Part shown: in pieces, positions 58,977 to 64,000 of the stretch
How the letters are laid out: the number at the start of each line of letters is the position of its first letter
How positions within the stretch are numbered: the first letter of the stretch is position 1
DNA from: an uncultured Actinomycetes bacterium
GTDB lineage: Bacteria; Actinomycetota; UBA4738; HRBIN12
DNA: 64,000 nucleotides
Direction: 5' to 3'
Assembly: GCA_963825685.1 (NCBI GenBank)
Contig: CAWGUD010000034.1
Span: forward strand, 2,101-66,100
The notes under the pieces: model-generated
The model's input: the letters and a program-made list of their open reading frames with translations, nothing else
Told to the model about the DNA's origin: nothing
Database searches by the model: none
Program-made: the position numbers and the translations under genes

Positions 58977-59672
58977 CTATTCCCGGCCCGCGGACGTGCC
59001 CGACGACGCGGCGCGCGCCATCACCGCGTCCATCATCGGTGCGGTGAGCTTCCCGGTGAAGGTGTTCTGCTGCGACGGGTGGAAGCACCCGAGCAGCGTG
59101 TAGGGGCCGACGGTGACCTCGGCGCCGTGACCGAACCGGGGCTTCGGCCGGATCGTGTGTCCGATCGCGGCGAACGCCCGCAGCGCCCCGTCCCAGCCGA
59201 ACGAGCCGAGCGCCACGACGACCCGCAGTCGTTCCAGGGCCTCGATCTCACGCACGAGGAAGGGCAGGCATCGGTCGCGCTCCTGGGGCGTGGGCTTGTT
59301 CGCAGGAGGCGCACAACGGTTCACCGCGGTCACGTAGGCCCCCCTCAGTCGCAGTCCGTCGTCGAGCGACTCGCTCGTGGGCTGGTTCGCGAGCCCGGCC
59401 CGGAACATCGACGCGTAGAGGAAGTCCCCCGATCGGTCCCCCGTGAAGACCCGGCCGGTGCGGTTCCCGCCGTGGGCCGCGGGGGCGAGCCCGAGCACGA
59501 GCACTCGGGCGTCGGGGTCGCCGAACCCCGGCACCGGCCGTCCCCAGTAGGGCTGGTCGGCGAACCGCGCGACCTTCTCGCGCGCCGTCCGCTCCCGCCA
59601 CTCGACCAGCCGAGGGCATGCATGGCACGCGACGACGTCGCGCTCGATCCGCGCGAGCGCATCCGCGCTCAC
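58977..59672 (-). CDS. Uracil-DNA glycosylase, family 5 (UdgB-like, 4Fe-4S)
   Basis: 231 aa with GTG start. Contains CHACPRL and GLAPAAHGGNRTGRVFTGD (a motif I recognise as family 5), and HPSQQN. Confidence 0.8.
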   Translation of the reverse strand: MSADALARIERDVVACHACPRLVEWRERTAREKVARFADQPYWGRPVPGFGDPDARVLVLGLAPAAHGGNRTGRVFTGDRSGDFLYASMFRAGLANQPTSESLDDGLRLRGAYVTAVNRCAPPANKPTPQERDRCLPFLVREIEALERLRVVVALGSFGWDGALRAFAAIGHTIRPKPRFGHGAEVTVGPYTLLGCFHPSQQNTFTGKLTAPMMDAVMARAASSGTSAGRE

Positions 59673-61306
59673 GCGGGGACACGCCCCCGGGCTTCGAGCC
59701 AGTCGTCGTATCCGCCGGGAGACGAGAAGGCCTGGCCGTCGCGGACCTCGAGGATGCGGTCGGGGATGCGGTCGAGCAGGTAGCGGTCGTGGCTGATCAC
59801 GATCACGGTGCCGTCGTAGGACTCGAGCGCGGACTCGAGCACCTCCATCGAATCGATGTCGAGATGGTTCGTGGGCTCGTCGAGCAGCAGGCAGTTGACG
59901 CCCGAGAGCATCAACAGGCAGAGCTGGAGCCGCGTGCGCTCACCGCCCGAGAGGGTGCCGACCGGCTGACGCATCTGGTCGTAGCGGAACAGGAACCGTC
60001 CCAGCAGGGCGACGGCGTCTTCCTCGTACATCGGCTTCACGTCGCGGACGAACTCGATCGGCGTGCGGTCGGGGGGCTCGGTCTCGTGACCCTGCGCCAG
60101 GTAGCCGATCTGCACCGACGGCCCCACCCATCGGGAGCCCTCGTCGGGCTCGCGCAGCCCTGCCAGCACGGTGCCGAGCACGGACTTGCCGGCCCCGTTG
60201 GCGCCGATCATCCCGATGCGCTCGCCCCGGTGGACCTGGACGCTGCACCCGAGCAGCACGGGGTCGCCGTCGAAGGCGACGGTGACGTCGCGGAGCTCGA
60301 CGACCTTGGCGCCGCCTCGCTCGGCCGCCCGCATCTCGAGCGCGATCTTGCGACGCTCGAAGACCGGCTTGTCGATCTTCTCCATGCGGTCGATCTGGCG
60401 CTGCTTGTTCCGGGCCTGGGTGATGTGGCGCTTGTTGACCACGATGCGCGCCCAGTGCTCGAACCGCTTCACCGCCTCCTCGAGCCGTTCGATCTCCTTC
60501 TGCTGCGTCACGTAGAGCTGTTGCTGCCGCTTGAGCGCGATCTCCTTCGCGACGGCGTAGGCCGAGTAGTTCCCCGGCCACATCGTGATGCGGCCCCCGT
60601 CGAGCTCGGCGATGCGCGCGACCGTCTCGTCGAGCAGGTAGCGGTCGTGCGACACGGTCACGACGGCGCCGGGGAACTCGGCGACGATCGACTCGAGCCG
60701 AGCGCGGCGGTCCGCGTCGAGGTGGGTCTCGGGCTCGTCGAGGAGGAGCAGGTCGGGCTGGCGGATCAGACACGCCGCGAGCGCGACGAGCTTGCGTTGA
60801 CCGCCCGAGAGCGCGGACGTCGGCAACGCGAGGTCGTCGTCGTCGAGACCGAGCGAGACGAGCATCGCTCGCACCTCGCCGGTGAGCCCGGCACCGCCTG
60901 CGGCGACCCAGCGATCGAGCAGGTCCTGCTGGCGCGTGAGCACCCGGTCCATCCGGGCGAGGTCGGCCACCACCTCGGGCCGGCCGAGCTCCGATTCCAC
61001 GGCGCGCATCTCGGCGTCGAGCGCGCCGATGTCCGGTCGTGCCGCCAGCACCGTCTGCTCCGAGGTGCGATCGTCGCCGTCCGCGTGCTGCGGCAGGGTG
61101 GCGATCACCAGGTCCTTGCGCCGGACCACCTCGCCGCCCGTCGGCGTCTCGGTGCCCTGCAGGAGGCGCAGGAGCGTCGACTTGCCGGCGCCGTTCGGAC
61201 CGACGATGCCGATGCGGGCTCCGTCGGGCACCTCGAGGTCGGCTCCCCGCAGCACGGGCCAGGAGCCGTAGGACTTCTCGACGTTCACGAGGCTGACGAC
61301 GGTCAC
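59669..61306 (-). CDS. ABC-F family ATPase (tandem NBDs, no TMD)
   Basis: 545 aa with two Walker A sites (GPNGAGKST, GANGAGKSV), two signatures (LSGGQRKL, LSGGERTRL) and a charged inter-domain linker. Confidence 0.88.
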   Translation of the reverse strand: MTVVSLVNVEKSYGSWPVLRGADLEVPDGARIGIVGPNGAGKSTLLRLLQGTETPTGGEVVRRKDLVIATLPQHADGDDRTSEQTVLAARPDIGALDAEMRAVESELGRPEVVADLARMDRVLTRQQDLLDRWVAAGGAGLTGEVRAMLVSLGLDDDDLALPTSALSGGQRKLVALAACLIRQPDLLLLDEPETHLDADRRARLESIVAEFPGAVVTVSHDRYLLDETVARIAELDGGRITMWPGNYSAYAVAKEIALKRQQQLYVTQQKEIERLEEAVKRFEHWARIVVNKRHITQARNKQRQIDRMEKIDKPVFERRKIALEMRAAERGGAKVVELRDVTVAFDGDPVLLGCSVQVHRGERIGMIGANGAGKSVLGTVLAGLREPDEGSRWVGPSVQIGYLAQGHETEPPDRTPIEFVRDVKPMYEEDAVALLGRFLFRYDQMRQPVGTLSGGERTRLQLCLLMLSGVNCLLLDEPTNHLDIDSMEVLESALESYDGTVIVISHDRYLLDRIPDRILEVRDGQAFSSPGGYDDWLEARGRVPA

Positions 61307-61340
61307 CGCTCCACGATACGGAAGCCGCGCCGTCGTGCGC

Positions 61341-62033
61341 TCAGTCGCGCTCGGAGGTGGCCATGAGGTCGCGGAGCGAGACCGTGCCCGGCTCCGCGTC
61401 CAGCCAGCGTTCCATCGCCGCTCGTCGCGCGGGCCACTCCTCGGCCAGCATCGAGAACCACGCGGTGTCGCGGTTGCGACCCTTCACGATCATGTGGGAT
61501 CGGAAGATGCCCTCGAACGTGAACCCGAGCCGCTCGGCGGCCGCGCGCGAGCGCGCGTTCAACGCGTCGCACTTCCACTCGGCGCGACGATACCCCCACG
61601 AGCCGAACGCCTCGCGGAGCAACAGGTAGGCCGCCTCGGTGTTCGCCCGGCCCCGCTGCGCCGACCGCACGTACCAGATGTTCCCGAGCTCGAGCCGGCG
61701 CATCGCGGGATCGATGCTCATGAGGCTCACGACCCCGACCGGCTCGGCCGTGTCGCGATCCACCACGGCGAAGAACAACGGATCCGTCGACGCGGCACCG
61801 GCGACGAGCCACGAGCGCATCTCCTCGAGTCCGTCGAACGGGCCGTAGGTCATGTACGTCCAGATCTCCTCGTCCTCGGACGCCGCGTGGGACCGCCGGA
61901 ACAGACCGGGGGCATGGGCGTCGGGGTCGAGCGGCTCGAGCCGGACGAACCTGCCCTCGATCGCGCGGGCGATCGGACGGGTCGCGGGACCTCCCTGCAC
62001 GGGTTCGCCGACGGGGCGACGCACCTCGGTCAT
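61341..62033 (-). CDS. GNAT family N-acetyltransferase (RimJ/RimL-like)
   Basis: 230 aa from MTEVRRP (ATG 62033). Contains FVRLEPLD...ELGNIWY...RRAEWKCDALNARSRAAAERLGFTFEG. Confidence 0.8.
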   Translation of the reverse strand: MTEVRRPVGEPVQGGPATRPIARAIEGRFVRLEPLDPDAHAPGLFRRSHAASEDEEIWTYMTYGPFDGLEEMRSWLVAGAASTDPLFFAVVDRDTAEPVGVVSLMSIDPAMRRLELGNIWYVRSAQRGRANTEAAYLLLREAFGSWGYRRAEWKCDALNARSRAAAERLGFTFEGIFRSHMIVKGRNRDTAWFSMLAEEWPARRAAMERWLDAEPGTVSLRDLMATSERD

Positions 62034-62443
62034 CGAACCACCACCCGCAGGGACCGGAAACGCTCGGCCGCCGCCTCGAACGGGTCGAGCGGGTCGAGCA
62101 GGTGCTCGACGGTCCAGATCAGCCCCTCGAACCCACCGAGGTCGGGGGCCTCCTCGCGCAAGCGTCCGGCGCGGCCGAGCGCTTCGTCGATCCCGGCCGC
62201 GCACGCCGCCCACTCCGGCTCCGTCTCCGGGCGACGCCACGCCGGCATGGCCTCCCGGGCCGTGGCGAGTCGTTCCTCGAACTCGGCGAGGGCGTCGGGC
62301 AGCGGCCGCCCCGGCAGACGCGTCGTCGGCATCACCTCGGTGAGCGCCTGCTTCGCCGGTTCCACCTCGCCGAGCACGCGCTCGAACGCCTCGTACGCAG
62401 GCGCCAGCGCCTCGGGCAGACGCTTGCGACGGAAGACGATCAC
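62030..62443 (-). CDS. Hypothetical protein (137 aa)
   Basis: GTG 62443 preceded by AAGGAGAG. ATGA overlap with the downstream GNAT. Helical and acidic; no family recognised. Confidence 0.45.
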   Translation of the reverse strand: MIVFRRKRLPEALAPAYEAFERVLGEVEPAKQALTEVMPTTRLPGRPLPDALAEFEERLATAREAMPAWRRPETEPEWAACAAGIDEALGRAGRLREEAPDLGGFEGLIWTVEHLLDPLDPFEAAAERFRSLRVVVR

Positions 62444-62537
62444 GTCGGTCCTCTCTCCTTGACTGAACGGCGGTTCAGATACTAGGCTCCCCGCCACGCG
62501 GGGAGGTCGTCGTCCCCGCACGTGACGAGGTTGCTCG

Positions 62538-62870
62538 ATGATTGAACCGAGGTTCAAGCAGGATCCGCGCGAGACGTGGTGGATCGAGCGCGCGCGCTGC
62601 ATCGGCGAGGACCCCGAGCTCTTCTTCCCGATCGGCACGACGGGACCGGCGATCGCGCAGACCGCTCGTGCGATCGAGGTCTGCGAGGAGTGCCCCGTGC
62701 GCGCCGAGTGTCTGGCGTGGGCGCTCGACACCTGCCAGGACGCGGGGGTCTGGGGTGGGCTCGGCGAGGAGGACCGTCGAGAGATCAGACGTGCTCGGCG
62801 ACGCGCGGCCGCTGCCGCGGTCCCGACGGACCCGATCCGATCCGACGACGAGCTCATCGGGGTCGGGTGA
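62538..62870 (+). CDS. WhiB-like (Wbl) 4Fe-4S transcriptional regulator
   Basis: 110 aa with the four-Cys set C...CEECPVRAEC, the GVWGG turn and a basic tail. Confidence 0.88.
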   Translation: MIEPRFKQDPRETWWIERARCIGEDPELFFPIGTTGPAIAQTARAIEVCEECPVRAECLAWALDTCQDAGVWGGLGEEDRREIRRARRRAAAAAVPTDPIRSDDELIGVG

Positions 62871-62876
62871 ACCCGG

Positions 62877-63539
62877 TCACAGCTGGCTCGACGGACACAG
62901 GTCCTCCACGGGGCAGTCACCGCATCGGGGCTTCTTGGCCTGGCAGATCGCGCGTCCGTGGTCGATCAGCACGTAGCTGAACCCGAACCATCGCCTCCGT
63001 GGGATCAGTCGCATCAGATCCTGCTCGATCTTGTCGGCGTCGGACTGCGCGCTGAACCCGAGCCGGTTCGCGAGCCGACGGACGTGGGTGTCGACGGCGA
63101 TGCCCTCGACCTTCCCGAACGAGTTCCCGAGCACGATGTTGGCCGTCTTGCGCGCCACGCCCCGCAGGGTGATCAGGTCCTCCATCGTGTCGGGCACCTC
63201 GCCGCCGTAGACCGTGACGATGCGCTCACACGCGGCGCGGAGCGACGCGGCCTTCTGGTTGAAGAACCCCGTGGGCCGGATGTCCGCCTTCAACTCGTCC
63301 TCGGGCACGGCCAGGTAGTCGGCGGCGCTGCGGTACTTGCGGAAGAGCGTGGCGGTGACCTCGTTCACCTTCTCGTCGGTGCACTGGGCCGACAGGATCG
63401 TCGCGACCAGGCATTCGAGCGGGTTGGAGAACACGAGCGCGACGTGCGCGTCGGGATAGGCCTTCGAGAGGCGTCGGATCAGCACCGGCGCGCGGTCCTC
63501 GATGGGCGAGGTGCGGGTGAGCTGGGTGCGGGAGGCCAT
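62877..63539 (-). CDS. nth: Endonuclease III
   Basis: 220 aa with an HhH-GPD motif (LITLRGVARKTANIVL), catalytic DTH and C-terminal CX6CX2CX5C. Confidence 0.93.
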   Translation of the reverse strand: MASRTQLTRTSPIEDRAPVLIRRLSKAYPDAHVALVFSNPLECLVATILSAQCTDEKVNEVTATLFRKYRSAADYLAVPEDELKADIRPTGFFNQKAASLRAACERIVTVYGGEVPDTMEDLITLRGVARKTANIVLGNSFGKVEGIAVDTHVRRLANRLGFSAQSDADKIEQDLMRLIPRRRWFGFSYVLIDHGRAICQAKKPRCGDCPVEDLCPSSQL

Positions 63540-63580
63540 CGATCCGTCACCCTACGGGCTCGGGCCGGGGGCGCCCAGGT

Positions 63581-64000
63581 CTACGCGTGTGGGGTGCCGG
63601 TGCCTCGCCCGTCGATCGGGAGTGGCAGGTCGAAGCGATCACCGTCGCCGTAGCGCGCGAACTCACCGTCACGTCGGACGTGCACGCCGCCGCGCCCGCG
63701 CACCTGCCAGCGCGCCCCGTCACCGAGCATCGCCGTCTGCTCGTCGATGCCGACGAACGCGTGACCGTCGGCGACCGACGAGACGATGAACTCGGACGCG
63801 CCCGGCACCCACGTATCGATCATGTCCCAATGCGGTCCGAACAGGGTCTCGCGCACGATGCCGAGCCCCGGCTTGAAGATCGCGTCGAAGTCGTCGCTGT
63901 CGCTGTCGAACGTCGTCTCGGTCAGGCAGGCGACCCCGGCGCTGCATCCGGCGTACCCCATGCCCCGGGCGATCCCGCGCAGGAGCGCGGCGCACACCGC
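63581..64000 (-). CDS. Peptidase S51-like (dipeptidase E/cyanophycinase family), partial; 5' end beyond the window
   Basis: GYAGCSAGVACL (nucleophile-Ser context) and FGPHWD. The reading frame is open to the window edge. Confidence 0.55.
   Translation of the reverse strand, partial: AVCAALLRGIARGMGYAGCSAGVACLTETTFDSDSDDFDAIFKPGLGIVRETLFGPHWDMIDTWVPGASEFIVSSVADGHAFVGIDEQTAMLGDGARWQVRGRGGVHVRRDGEFARYGDGDRFDLPLPIDGRGTGTPHA

Noticed and set aside
59669-61306. The ABC-F ATPase as an antibiotic-resistance (ARE) determinant. The metallophosphoesterase, UDG and GNATs were also considered as parts of a phage-defence system.
   Set aside because: ABC-F subfamily cannot be assigned by eye. The neighbours are unrelated housekeeping genes. 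There are no nuclease, helicase, methylase, TIR, SIR2 or STAND partners and no island signatures.

Overview
Very GC-rich (about 70% by eye, not computed) chromosomal core region of an Actinomycetota genome. The lineage call rests on WhiB, the Bpa proteasome activator with a C-terminal GQYL, qcrCAB plus ctaCDEF, and a Rho with an insertion domain. Positions 1-23.8 kb form one long minus-strand array: metallophosphoesterase, cpgS, 2-phosphoglycerate kinase, fsa, rho, rpmE, DUF1385, DivIVA-like, prfA, prmC, tsaC, LMW-PTP, rpiB, glyA, wecA, a pot-like ABC importer, then atpZ/atpI-atpBEFHAG. It is followed by thrB-thrC-hom-GNAT-argS-response regulator (minus), tRNA-Arg(CCG), pdxH, and a 1220-aa pyruvate:ferredoxin oxidoreductase coupled to a DHOD-like gene. 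Next come an M20 peptidase, an 850-bp ORF-poor stretch, bpa, a second pot-like ABC importer, and divergent pyrD/pyrE. After ctaG comes a single translationally coupled ctaE-qcrCAB-ctaCDF respiratory operon, then assorted housekeeping genes (MarR, VIT1, GNATs, ABC exporter, family-5 UDG, ABC-F, WhiB, nth). I found no CRISPR array, transposase, integrase, prophage or recognisable defence system. The most interesting item is an archaeal-type cyclic 2,3-diphosphoglycerate cassette (2PGK plus cDPG synthetase) inserted between thrB and rho. Major caveat: about 20 single-nucleotide frameshifts interrupt otherwise well-conserved genes, several normally indispensable (rho, qcrB, ctaD) plus thrC and prmC. 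I read this as assembly or sequence indel noise rather than biology. Those genes are listed as single CDSs with approximate frameshift positions. Most long ORFs in the six-frame track that overlap these genes are GC-driven artefacts.
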